From Gemmatimonadota bacterium (GTDB lineage Bacteria; Gemmatimonadota; Gemmatimonadetes; Gemmatimonadales; GWC2-71-9), in assembly GCA_003220985.1 (NCBI GenBank), contig QHTY01000147.1, forward strand, positions 1 to 36,169: 36,169 bases of DNA, in the 5' to 3' direction. The notes beneath the pieces were generated by a model. The model made no database searches. It was not told where the DNA came from and worked only from the letters and a program-made list of their open reading frames with translations. The position numbers were made by a program, and so were the translations under genes. Positions 18,172 to 26,814 of this stretch are shown here, one piece after another; position 1 is the first letter of the stretch, and the number at the start of each line of letters is the position of its first letter.

Positions 18172-19074
18172 ATGCAGCTGGCGATGATCGGGTTGGGTCG
18201 CATGGGCGGGAACATGGTGCGGCGGCTGATTCAGGGCGGTCACGAGCTGATCGTCTACGACCAGAACGCGGAGGCCGTGAAGGCGTATGTCGGCAAGGGC
18301 GTCAGGAAGGCCGAAAACGTCGCCGACATCGCACGCCAGCTATCCCCTCGGCGCGTCGTCTGGGTGATGCTGCCAGCCGGCGCGCCGGTGCAGAGCACCA
18401 TCGAGCAGCTCGTGCCCCGACTCAGCCGCGGCGACATCGTCATCGACGGCGGGAACTCGAATTTCCGCGACTCACTGCGCCGCGCCGAGGCGCTTCAGGC
18501 CAAGGGCATCGAGTTCATCGACGTCGGCACGAGCGGCGGCATCTGGGGTCTCGAAGGCGGTTATTGTCTCATGATCGGCGCCTCGCCGGCGGCGTTCCGA
18601 CATTGCGATCCGGTTTTTCGGACGCTCGCGGCGCCCGACGGCTACGCCCACGTTGGTCCCCCCGGAGCAGGGCACTACGTGAAGATGGTGCACAACGGGG
18701 TCGAGTACGCCATGCTCCAGGCGTACGCCGAGGGGTATGAGATTCTGCACGCGTCGCAGGATTTCACGTTCGATTTGCGCCAGATTGCAAAGCTGTGGAA
18801 CCACGGGAGCGTGGTGCGCTCCTGGCTGAACGAGCTCGCCGAGCGGGCGCTGGCGCGCGACGGGCGGCTGTCCGGGATTCGTGGCTACGTTGAGGACTCC
18901 GGGGAAGGACGTTGGACAATCGAAGAGGCGCTGCGCTTGGACATGCCGGCGCCGGTCATCACGTTGTCGCTGCTCGCGCGGCTCAGGTCGCGCCAGGAGG
19001 AGTCGTTCGGTGCCAAGTTGATTGCCGCACTGCGCCATGAGTTTGGCGGACATGCGATAAAGGAGCCCGCGTGA
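18172..19074 (+). CDS. gnd: 6-phosphogluconate dehydrogenase, decarboxylating (short YqeC type)
   Basis: IGLGRMG, IDGGNS, GTSGG.WG, GHYVKMVHNGVEY, DSGEGRW, RHEFGGH. Confidence 0.95.
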   Translation: MQLAMIGLGRMGGNMVRRLIQGGHELIVYDQNAEAVKAYVGKGVRKAENVADIARQLSPRRVVWVMLPAGAPVQSTIEQLVPRLSRGDIVIDGGNSNFRDSLRRAEALQAKGIEFIDVGTSGGIWGLEGGYCLMIGASPAAFRHCDPVFRTLAAPDGYAHVGPPGAGHYVKMVHNGVEYAMLQAYAEGYEILHASQDFTFDLRQIAKLWNHGSVVRSWLNELAERALARDGRLSGIRGYVEDSGEGRWTIEEALRLDMPAPVITLSLLARLRSRQEESFGAKLIAALRHEFGGHAIKEPA

Positions 19075-19469
19075 AATTCGTGCTCGTGATTTACAACGAC
19101 CCCAAGCTGTACGACGCGCTGCCCCAGACCGAAACGGATGGCATGATGCGCGACTGTCTCGCGCACGCCGACGAGCTCCACCAGGATGGGCGGCTCATCG
19201 CGTCTCAGATGCTCGAGGGCGCCGAGTCGGCGAAATCGGTGCGGATCCGAAACGGTCGTACCAAAGTCACGGACGGCCCGTTTAGTGAGGCCAAGGAGGT
19301 GCTGGGCGGCTTCAATCTGATCGAAGCGAAGGATATCGACGAGGCGGTGCGGATCGCCGCGGAGTTCCCCTGGGCGCGCACCGGCTGCGTGGAGGTTCGT
19401 CCGGTCCGCGATATCGCCGAGGTGCGGCGCCGCGTGGGTGCCCCCGCGGGCCACATGACGGCGCGGTAA
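19071..19469 (+). CDS. YciI family (DGPF) protein
   Basis: VTDGPFSEAKEVLGGF and VEVRPV. Confidence 0.88.
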   Translation: MKFVLVIYNDPKLYDALPQTETDGMMRDCLAHADELHQDGRLIASQMLEGAESAKSVRIRNGRTKVTDGPFSEAKEVLGGFNLIEAKDIDEAVRIAAEFPWARTGCVEVRPVRDIAEVRRRVGAPAGHMTAR

Positions 19470-19470
19470 T

Positions 19471-19479
19471 TGGTAGGAT
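19471..19479 (+). promoter_or_regulatory. Putative extended -10 (TGgTAGGAT) 6 nt before ATG 19486, leaderless type
   Basis: tggTAGGAT-ggcctg-ATG; the AGGA core could also act as an SD. Confidence 0.45.
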
Positions 19480-19485
19480 GGCCTG

Positions 19486-19956
19486 ATGCGGGGCAGCGTT
19501 CTCCTTCTCGTCGGGTTGTTTCTCGTCGCAGCGGTGATTTTCGTCGCGATCCAAAAGCCACCCCCGCCCGTCACCGAGACACTGGGCCCCGCGCCCCCGC
19601 CCAGGCCGCTGCAGGCGGACGCCGAGGGGTACTACGAACCCGGCTATCAATTCACGGTAGCCGGTCGCCGCTTCACGCGTCTCACGCTCCATCCCGAGAC
19701 CTTTCTCACGTTCACGCGCAGCGGCACGCGGCATGAGGCGGGCTGCGTCGACCCCGTAATTCGGACCGAGCGCGTGCAGTTGCGCTGCGATCTCGAGCGA
19801 GTCGGTACGGTCATGATCGATGGCCGATTCCTCTCGCGATTTGCCACCACGCGCCTCGACTCCCCGGTCCTCTCCGTGTTCGTGACGATCCGCAATCAGC
19901 GGGGCGAGACCGTATACAGCGCGCGCGACACGTTCACGTGGCACCCGCCCCAGTAG
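19486..19956 (+). CDS. Hypothetical membrane-anchored or exported protein
   Basis: N-terminal hydrophobic helix, Pro-rich linker and beta-rich domain. Confidence 0.7.
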   Translation: MRGSVLLLVGLFLVAAVIFVAIQKPPPPVTETLGPAPPPRPLQADAEGYYEPGYQFTVAGRRFTRLTLHPETFLTFTRSGTRHEAGCVDPVIRTERVQLRCDLERVGTVMIDGRFLSRFATTRLDSPVLSVFVTIRNQRGETVYSARDTFTWHPPQ

Positions 19957-20924
19957 CGGAGGCGTCTTGTCGGGTGTGCCGGAGCGAGCCGGATGCCGCC
20001 GTCCGGCTGGAAGCGTCGTGGGTACTCGTCGGCCCTGACGATCCTGTGCGCGGTTATGCCTGCTTGGTCTTCGCCCGCCACGTGATCGAGCTCCATGACT
20101 TGACCGATGATGAGGGACCGGCGCTGATGCGAGACATTCGGAAAGTCTCGGGCGCCATCGCGCGAATCATGAACCCCGTCAAGATGAACTATGAAGTGCA
20201 CGGGAATACGGCACCGCACCTGCACGTGCACGTCTTCCCGCGCTACCGTGGTGACCAGTTTGAAGGCCGTCCGATCGACCCGCGCATCGCCAAGCGGCCG
20301 GCATACGCGCCTGGCGAATTCGAGCGTTTTCGCGAGCAGCTGGCGAATGACCTGATATCGGGTCGTGCCCGCATGGCGCCGCAGCCGACATTACAAACCG
20401 AACGTCTGCTGCTCAGACCGTTCGTGCTCGACGACGCACCAATCGTGCAGCGCCTGGTCGGTGCGCGGGAGATCGCCGAAACGACGCTGACGATCCCTCA
20501 TCCATACCTCGATGGCATGGCAGAGGCTTGGATCCGGACTCACCGCGCGGCGTGGGAGGCGCAGGACCGCGGTACCTTCGCGATCGTTTCCAACGCCGAT
20601 GGACTCGTGGGAGCGATTGGTTTGCATTTCAGACCGCCGCATCGCCGCGCGGAGCTCGGGTATTGGATTGGCCGCCCGTTTTGGAACCGCGGCTATGCAA
20701 CAGAGGCCGCGCGGGCGGTGATTCGCTTCGCGTTCGAGACCTTACCGCTCAATCGCATCCATGCGTCTCATCTGACGCGCAATCCCGCATCCGGCCGCGT
20801 CATGGTCAAAGCGGGTATGCAGTTCGAAGGGATCCTGCGACAGCATGTCATGAAATGGGACCGTCCCGAAGATCTGGCGGAATACGCGATTCTGCGGACG
20901 GTGTTCGAGGCTGCCGGCGCCTAG
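19938..20924 (+). CDS. HIT family hydrolase fused to a RimJ/RimL-type GNAT acetyltransferase
   Basis: CRVC and HGNTAPHLHVHVFPR (HIT); from Met at 20373, LQTERLLLRPF, ELGYWIG..FWNRGYATEA, NPASGRVM.KAGM (GNAT). Confidence 0.8.
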   Translation: MAPAPVAEASCRVCRSEPDAAVRLEASWVLVGPDDPVRGYACLVFARHVIELHDLTDDEGPALMRDIRKVSGAIARIMNPVKMNYEVHGNTAPHLHVHVFPRYRGDQFEGRPIDPRIAKRPAYAPGEFERFREQLANDLISGRARMAPQPTLQTERLLLRPFVLDDAPIVQRLVGAREIAETTLTIPHPYLDGMAEAWIRTHRAAWEAQDRGTFAIVSNADGLVGAIGLHFRPPHRRAELGYWIGRPFWNRGYATEAARAVIRFAFETLPLNRIHASHLTRNPASGRVMVKAGMQFEGILRQHVMKWDRPEDLAEYAILRTVFEAAGA

Positions 20925-20967
20925 GGCGCTCTTGCGCGAGGAGTGGTATCGTTAGCAATTCTCCAGC

Positions 20968-21669
20968 ATGGCCGAGCGTCGCTACAACGATAAGGAAATC
21001 GCCGCGATCTTTCGGGCAGCGGCGGAAGCACAGCAGAACCCGCCGCACGACGTCCCGCGGGACGAGGGCTTGACCCTCGCCGATCTCCAGGCCATCGGTG
21101 GTGAGGTTGGCATTCCATCCGAAGCCGTCGCCCGGGCCGCGCAGGCGCTCGATGTGCGCCTCGACGCCAAGTCTCGCACGTTCCTCGGCCTGCCGATCGG
21201 CGTGGCTCGAACGGTTAACCTCAATCGCCGGCTGACGGACGAGGAATGGGAGCGCTTGGTCGTGCAGCTCCGCGAAGTGTTCAACGCACGCGGCCGCACT
21301 CGGAGCGATGGCGCGCTGCGGCAGTGGACCAACGGCAACCTGCAGGTCCTCCTCGAGCCCACCGCAACGGGTCACCGCCTGCGTTTCGGCACGATGCATG
21401 GCGCGGCGCGCGCGTCCATCGGCGCCGGGTTAGCGGCCCTCGGCGTGACCGCCACAATCGCGATTGTGACTGCGCTGGATGGCTCTTTCGTGAGCGCCAT
21501 ACCGGGCATGGCGTTCTTGCTGCTCGCCGGTTTGGGGATGATTACGAGTGGCGCACTGCGTCTGCCGCGCTGGGCGCGGCTGCGCGAGCGGCAAATGGAG
21601 GCGTTAGCGACGCGGGTCGCGCTGCCGCCGGGTTCGGAAACACCGCCGGCAGCGCTTCCGCCCAAATAA
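20968..21669 (+). CDS. Hypothetical membrane protein (soluble N-domain plus 2 C-terminal TM helices)
   Basis: 233 aa ORF with typical codon usage and two hydrophobic helices. Confidence 0.75.
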   Translation: MAERRYNDKEIAAIFRAAAEAQQNPPHDVPRDEGLTLADLQAIGGEVGIPSEAVARAAQALDVRLDAKSRTFLGLPIGVARTVNLNRRLTDEEWERLVVQLREVFNARGRTRSDGALRQWTNGNLQVLLEPTATGHRLRFGTMHGAARASIGAGLAALGVTATIAIVTALDGSFVSAIPGMAFLLLAGLGMITSGALRLPRWARLRERQMEALATRVALPPGSETPPAALPPK

Positions 21670-22865
21670 CTACGGTCGGGGTTTAGCCGTCCGCTCACCG
21701 GAGCCCGAACTCGAGCTCGAACTCGTCGAGCTGAGCTGGTGGTGCTTCCGGTCGACCATCCGCTTGGAGTCACTTTCCCGAAGTCGCCAGACCGTGGCAT
21801 TGCATCCGCATTCGTGCCCGCGCCTTCCTTGTAACCCTGTCCGTTCACCACGCGCCCGTGCGCGCGCGCGCTCGGGGTGAACACGATCGTCACCGGATAG
21901 CCGCCCGGATACCACCCGTACCCGGATCCATATCCGTAGCCATATCCGGGGTAGAGCCGTGCGCAGTCGTACGGCGCATAGTTGTACAGCATGTAGTACA
22001 GGGAGCACGAATTCAGCGGCGTATACCCGTGCAGCGGGACTCCTCCTGCGTATCCCCCCCCACCCTGAGCTGCATTTGCCCGCGGCAGCCGCTCACCCGC
22101 GCGCGCCGTGGTGTTGATCGCGAACACTTTGGGATACGACAGCGCCACCATGAGATCGGTGACGCGCGCAGGCACGCCGGCGTCGGCGAGCCTGACGAGT
22201 TGCTTCGCGTCGAGCGTGAACGGCTCCCCCCGTTCGACGAGCCAGGTTTCGAGTACGGGGGTGTCCAGGTGCCGCGACGCTTCGATGACCTCATCAATCC
22301 CGACGGGCAGGGCGGCGGCGGCGCGTGCCTGCATGGTGGACGTGACATCCGTTGGCAGCGCATCCTTCACATCATCCGGCAAGGAGAACTCGCCCGACAC
22401 CTCGCGATAGCGCTGCGCTCGGACTCCCGTTTGCCCCTGGAGCGTCATACCCTGGATGTACAGCCACTCGTGACCATCGCTGGCCATGGCGATGAGGCCC
22501 GTGCCAAGCCGATCACCCGTGGGGCACGTGTCGCCCGAACGGAAGAAGAGACGCGCACCGCTGCTGGACCACTCGACACTCTGCCACCCGGTGCAATCAT
22601 CGTGGCGGGTCGCGACGCGCTCGCCGGTGGCGGCGATGGGCTCGCGAGTCACCACCTGCCCTTTGGTGATCGTGAGGAGATCGACCGTCGATGTGCCGGC
22701 GGCGGGCACGAGGCACACAAGAGATTTCGTCGACTCGATCGACTCCCAGCAGCCGAGATGGGCCAGCCAGCGCGAGTCGACCGCGGTCTTCTGCGCGCGG
22801 GCCGGCGTAGCGCCGGCAGCCAGAAGGGCGGCGACGACGAGCAGTGTTTGGATTCGCGTACGCAT
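21670..22865 (-). CDS. Secreted hypothetical protein with Tyr/Gly- and Ser-rich tail; apparent frameshift near 21733
   Basis: Signal peptide ending ARA-Q; the Ser-rich tail continues in another frame as SSTSSSSSSGSGERTAKPRP* (TAG at 21670-21672). Confidence 0.7.
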
Positions 22866-22878
22866 GGGACGATCCTTC

Positions 22879-23628
22879 CTAGAGTCTAAGCGAAAGGCCC
22901 GCTGTCACCGCCAGGCCCGACAGGTCGATACGCTTGAAACCAACATAATCCCGGCCCATGGGTCCCCGGGCCCAGGTATACCGCGCCTCGCCATTCAGCA
23001 GGAGGAAGCGCCCCAGCCCCAAGTCCAGCCCTGCGAGTGCGTGCAGGACGGGTGTCCACGTTTTGGATTCGAACTCGTCCGGGAAGACATTGAGCGTCTG
23101 GAAGTCAACGAAGTCGCCGATTTGATGGAACCGGTACTGCATCAGGCCCGCTCCGAGACCCACGTAGGTCTCGCGTGCCGCGGGGATCCAGGCGAACCGT
23201 CCGATCGAGCGGCCGCGCGAGGAGAGGTAATGCCTGACGCCCACCGTGACCGGCACACGGCGCAACGACGTCCTCTGTTGGATCGGCTGGTTGTTCTGAT
23301 CGACCCAGTCGCGGAATTCGGAGAGGCGGGAGACGTTGCTAAAACCCACATCGACCACGAGATCGTTGGCCGGTGACACGCGCACGGCCACGTTAGTGCC
23401 GAACGTCGCCGAGTTGAAGTCGGAGCGGTCGATGGTGAGTTGTTTGGTGACGAAGTTGAAGATGTCCCCGCTCGCGAACGCGTGATCGAACCCGCCCCGC
23501 ACGGTCCACGTTGCGACCGGGACGTGAAACAGAAAGCCGTCGCCTGCACTTTGCGCGAGCGACGGCCGCGGGATCGTGGCGACCGCGGTGGCGGTCAGGA
23601 GTAGTACGGCGTAACGGGTACACGTCAT
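22879..23628 (-). CDS. Outer-membrane beta-barrel protein
   Basis: Signal peptide (SLA-Q), alternating amphipathic strands, C-terminal AGLSLRL; purine-rich SD region upstream. Confidence 0.72.
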   Translation of the reverse strand: MTCTRYAVLLLTATAVATIPRPSLAQSAGDGFLFHVPVATWTVRGGFDHAFASGDIFNFVTKQLTIDRSDFNSATFGTNVAVRVSPANDLVVDVGFSNVSRLSEFRDWVDQNNQPIQQRTSLRRVPVTVGVRHYLSSRGRSIGRFAWIPAARETYVGLGAGLMQYRFHQIGDFVDFQTLNVFPDEFESKTWTPVLHALAGLDLGLGRFLLLNGEARYTWARGPMGRDYVGFKRIDLSGLAVTAGLSLRL

Positions 23629-23893
23629 GTGCCACCCCACCTTTCTCTCCCCTATTGTACCTACGCATGCGTTATGGCTCGCGTCAACTACCCGGAAGCG
23701 GATAGACGGGACATTATGATCTTTGGGGCGGGGTGTCGCGCCCTAGCCACAGGTCATTCCCGTCGGTCGCTAGCTCTGCAAGCTTGTCGCTCGCACGTGT
23801 CCCGGCATATTCAGCCCCTCACAGCATCCTCAGGGGAGCCTAGTCGGCCCGGCTGAGGTTAGAGAGGAGAAGGCAATCTCGCCTAGGGTGGGT

Positions 23894-24244
23894 ATGCCCA
23901 GCAGCGCGAGTTTTCGCACGTTCGTGATGGATCAACTGAGTCGCATCGTGTCGGAGGTGCGCGCGCGATCCATGTTCGGCGGCTTCGGCATTTACGCCGG
24001 CGACGTATTCTTCGCGCTCATTGCCAACGACACGCTCTATTTCAAGGTGGACGACTCCAATCGGCCCGACTTCGAAAAGCTGGGGATGAAACCGTTCCAG
24101 CCTTACGGGGAAGGGAGCGAAGCGATGAAGTACTATGCTGTGCCGGAGGACCTCCTCGAAGATCCTGACGCGCTGCGACCCTGGGCGGAGAAGTCCATTG
24201 CCGTCGCGGCGAAACAGAAGAAAGGAAAGCGGATCCGGAAATGA
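23894..24244 (+). CDS. TfoX/Sxy N-terminal domain protein
   Basis: RSMFGGFGIY..FFALIA.DTLYFKVD...PF, YYAVPED.LED. Confidence 0.88.
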   Translation: MPSSASFRTFVMDQLSRIVSEVRARSMFGGFGIYAGDVFFALIANDTLYFKVDDSNRPDFEKLGMKPFQPYGEGSEAMKYYAVPEDLLEDPDALRPWAEKSIAVAAKQKKGKRIRK

Positions 24245-25257
24245 ACTCTCTCGTCTTACTCCTTGCACTCGCCGCGCAGAATTCCGGGCCCTATCAAATA
24301 ACGCATACGTTTGTTCTGGGTGGCGATGGACGCTGGGACTACGTCACGCCTGATCCGGCGCATCACCGGGTCTTCATCGCGCGCCAGGACCGTTTCATGG
24401 TCGTGGACGCGCGGAGCGGCACGCTGCTCGGCGAAGTCTCGTCGATTCACGGGGCGCACGGCGTCGCTCTGGTTGAGGCCGCACACCATGGCTTCGCCAC
24501 GTCGGGCAACGACAGCTCCGTCGTGATGTTCGATCCCGCGACGTTCCAGGTGCTGAGTCGCATCCCGGCTGCCGAAGACGCCGACGCGATCGTGTACGAC
24601 CCGGTCTCGAATCGCGTCTTCACGTTCAACGGCGATGCGCATTCCTCGACGGTGATCGATCCCGGGCCTGGTCGGCTCGTGACCAACATCCCGCTCGGCG
24701 GCAAGCCGGAGTCCGGCGCGTTCGCCGGCGACGGCAAGGTGTACGTGAACATCGTCGACAACGGGGAAGTGGTGGAAATCGACGCCCGCGCGCTGACGGT
24801 TACGCGGCGGTGGTCGACCGCACCCTGCCAGCAGCCGGTCGCGATGGCGATCGACACGAAACATCATCGCTTGTTCAGCGGGTGCCGCAGCGGCGTGCTC
24901 GCGGTTTCGGACTACGAGGCCGGTCGAGTCGTTGCGACGGCGCCGATCGGCCAGGGTGTGGATGGTGCGGCGTTCGACGCGAGCACGAGCGACGTTTTCA
25001 CGTCGAACGCGGACGGAACGCTCACGGTGATCCATCAGGACGGGCCGGACCAGTATCGCGTCGTCGAGAACCTCCAAACGGCGCTGGGCGCGCGCAATAT
25101 GGGGCTCGACCCCACCACGCACCGGCTCTACGTCGTCTCGGCGAAGTTCGGACCGGTTCCCGCCGAATCAACGGCGGCGAACCCGCGCCGTCGTCCACCG
25201 GTACTGCCGGGATCCTTCAGCATGATGGTGGTCGAGCGCATCGCTCGGACGCCGTAG
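24241..25257 (+). CDS. YncE/YVTN-type beta-propeller protein, exported
   Basis: GGDGRWDY, GAHGVA, DADAIVYDP, GARNMGLDP; short signal peptide. Confidence 0.82.
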   Translation: MNSLVLLLALAAQNSGPYQITHTFVLGGDGRWDYVTPDPAHHRVFIARQDRFMVVDARSGTLLGEVSSIHGAHGVALVEAAHHGFATSGNDSSVVMFDPATFQVLSRIPAAEDADAIVYDPVSNRVFTFNGDAHSSTVIDPGPGRLVTNIPLGGKPESGAFAGDGKVYVNIVDNGEVVEIDARALTVTRRWSTAPCQQPVAMAIDTKHHRLFSGCRSGVLAVSDYEAGRVVATAPIGQGVDGAAFDASTSDVFTSNADGTLTVIHQDGPDQYRVVENLQTALGARNMGLDPTTHRLYVVSAKFGPVPAESTAANPRRRPPVLPGSFSMMVVERIARTP

Positions 25258-25882
25258 CCAGGACGGCGGAGACCCAACCTCTCGCTTCGACATCGCCGGC
25301 CCAAAGCGCCGGCCCGAGGGGCGAGCCCAGAAAGATCAACGTCCCACGCCCGCTCCCTCGCTTGAGCGCCACCGGAAGACGGTCGACCCATGCGATCCTC
25401 TCACCGGCTTGCCCGCCAAGCGGTACCACTCGGCTGAAGTCGCGGAGTTTGGCGGCGTAGGGCCAGAGGTAGTCGACGTACGGAGTCTGACGCGGCCAGA
25501 GCTGCACCGGCGGTTCGACGTTGATGTCGAAATAGTCTTGCAGCACCGTCCGCTCCGCGCAAAACGCTCGCTCATCGAGGAAGCCCGCGGCCGACTCGAG
25601 GATGGCGGTCGCCCCGGCGTGCAGGCACCTCACAATGGCCCGGGCCGCGAGCGGCGAGATCTCGAGTGCCGCCGGAACGAGCAAGACAGCGCAGGGCGGG
25701 ATGTCGGGCATGTCCGCGCGCACCACGCGCGGCTGGAACCCCGCCGCGTAGCCCGCCACCGACTCCCGCAGGCTATCGCGCTGCAGATCCAGTAGCACAC
25801 ACGGCACGCGACCTCGCAGGCGATTGCCGGCGCTCACCGCGGCTGCGGTGGTAGCGAGGAACTGCCGGCGCGTCATGTCCAC
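25217..25882 (-). CDS. Hypothetical protein with twin-arginine-like leader
   Basis: MTRRQFLATTAAAVS; directly abuts the upstream TIM-barrel gene. Confidence 0.65.
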   Translation of the reverse strand: MDMTRRQFLATTAAAVSAGNRLRGRVPCVLLDLQRDSLRESVAGYAAGFQPRVVRADMPDIPPCAVLLVPAALEISPLAARAIVRCLHAGATAILESAAGFLDERAFCAERTVLQDYFDINVEPPVQLWPRQTPYVDYLWPYAAKLRDFSRVVPLGGQAGERIAWVDRLPVALKRGSGRGTLIFLGSPLGPALWAGDVEARGWVSAVLATASERCARPPSC

Positions 25883-26722
25883 TCAAAGCCTGCCGGAGAT
25901 GAGGCGATCCATCGCTTGCGCGGTGTCGGAAAACTGCTGGTCCGGCGCGTAGCGATAGCGCGCTTCCATTTCCGCGATGAGCCAACCGTCGTACCCGACC
26001 TTCGTCAGCGCGGCGCGGATCGCGGGCCAGTTGTTGTCGCCCAGGAACAGATTGGTGTACACGCTCTGGTCGCCGCAGCGGCCGCGGTGCTTCAGGACGT
26101 CCTTCAGATGAATGCGCGTGATGCGGGGCCCGTGCATCTCGATCCACTGTTCCGCAAACCCGGTGTCGTGGATGTTGCCGACGTCGAGATGGATGCCGAC
26201 CGCGGGACTGTTCACATCGTTCAGGAATTGCCAGAACTCACGCGGGCTGATGAGGAACCGTTGCTCGGAGTTACAGTTCTCGCAGCCGATCTTGACGCCG
26301 GCGCGAGTGGCGGTCTCGCCCAGGGGCCGCAGCGCGTCCAGGCAGCGCTGGTACACTTCGTTGTACGGGACTTCATCGGTCACCAGCCCGGCGACCACCA
26401 GGATCGCGTCGCTGCCGAGCAATCTCGCGGTCTCGATCTGGCGCTCGATGATGCGCGCGGCTTGCGCTCGCACCCGAGGGTCGCGCGCCGACAGCGGCGA
26501 GCCCCAATGTAGTCCGGTCGAGACATTGGAGACCACGAGGCCGGCGTTTTCGACTTTGCGCCGCAGCTCGCGTACCTCGCTGTCGGAAGTGCTCATCTGA
26601 AACCACGGCACGTCGCCCAGCCACAGCTCGATGCCGTCGAACCCGGCTTTCTTGATCAGGTCGAGGCCGCGATCGAATCCCCAGTCCTTCGGGATCATGT
26701 TGTCGCCGATGGATTTTTTCAT
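25883..26722 (-). CDS. Sugar phosphate isomerase/epimerase (xylose isomerase-like TIM barrel)
   Basis: GFDGIEL, IGCENC, HLDVGN, IHLKD, GYDGWLIAE metal-ligand pattern; ATG 26722. Confidence 0.88.
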   Translation of the reverse strand: MKKSIGDNMIPKDWGFDRGLDLIKKAGFDGIELWLGDVPWFQMSTSDSEVRELRRKVENAGLVVSNVSTGLHWGSPLSARDPRVRAQAARIIERQIETARLLGSDAILVVAGLVTDEVPYNEVYQRCLDALRPLGETATRAGVKIGCENCNSEQRFLISPREFWQFLNDVNSPAVGIHLDVGNIHDTGFAEQWIEMHGPRITRIHLKDVLKHRGRCGDQSVYTNLFLGDNNWPAIRAALTKVGYDGWLIAEMEARYRYAPDQQFSDTAQAMDRLISGRL

Positions 26723-26728
26723 GGGGCG

Positions 26729-26734
26729 ATCATA
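26729..26734 (-). promoter_or_regulatory. Putative -10 box (TATGAT) 6 nt before ATG 26722, leaderless type
   Basis: Minus strand reads TATGAT-cgcccc-ATG. Confidence 0.5.
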
Positions 26735-26814
26735 CTCCAAATGGATCGTGCCGCTAGCTCGCCGGAAGTCTCGGCGCGCCCTAAGTTGCTCCATCGTCTC
26801 AGCGTGAGGATTTC

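Noticed and set aside
23829-23890. TPP riboswitch-like start (AGGGGAGCC...GGCTGAG)
   Set aside because: The 3' half (ACCTGA core, P4/P5) is missing and no thiamine gene is downstream.
23894-24244. Competence regulator Sxy
   Set aside because: Standalone TfoX_N domain only, with no competence genes nearby.
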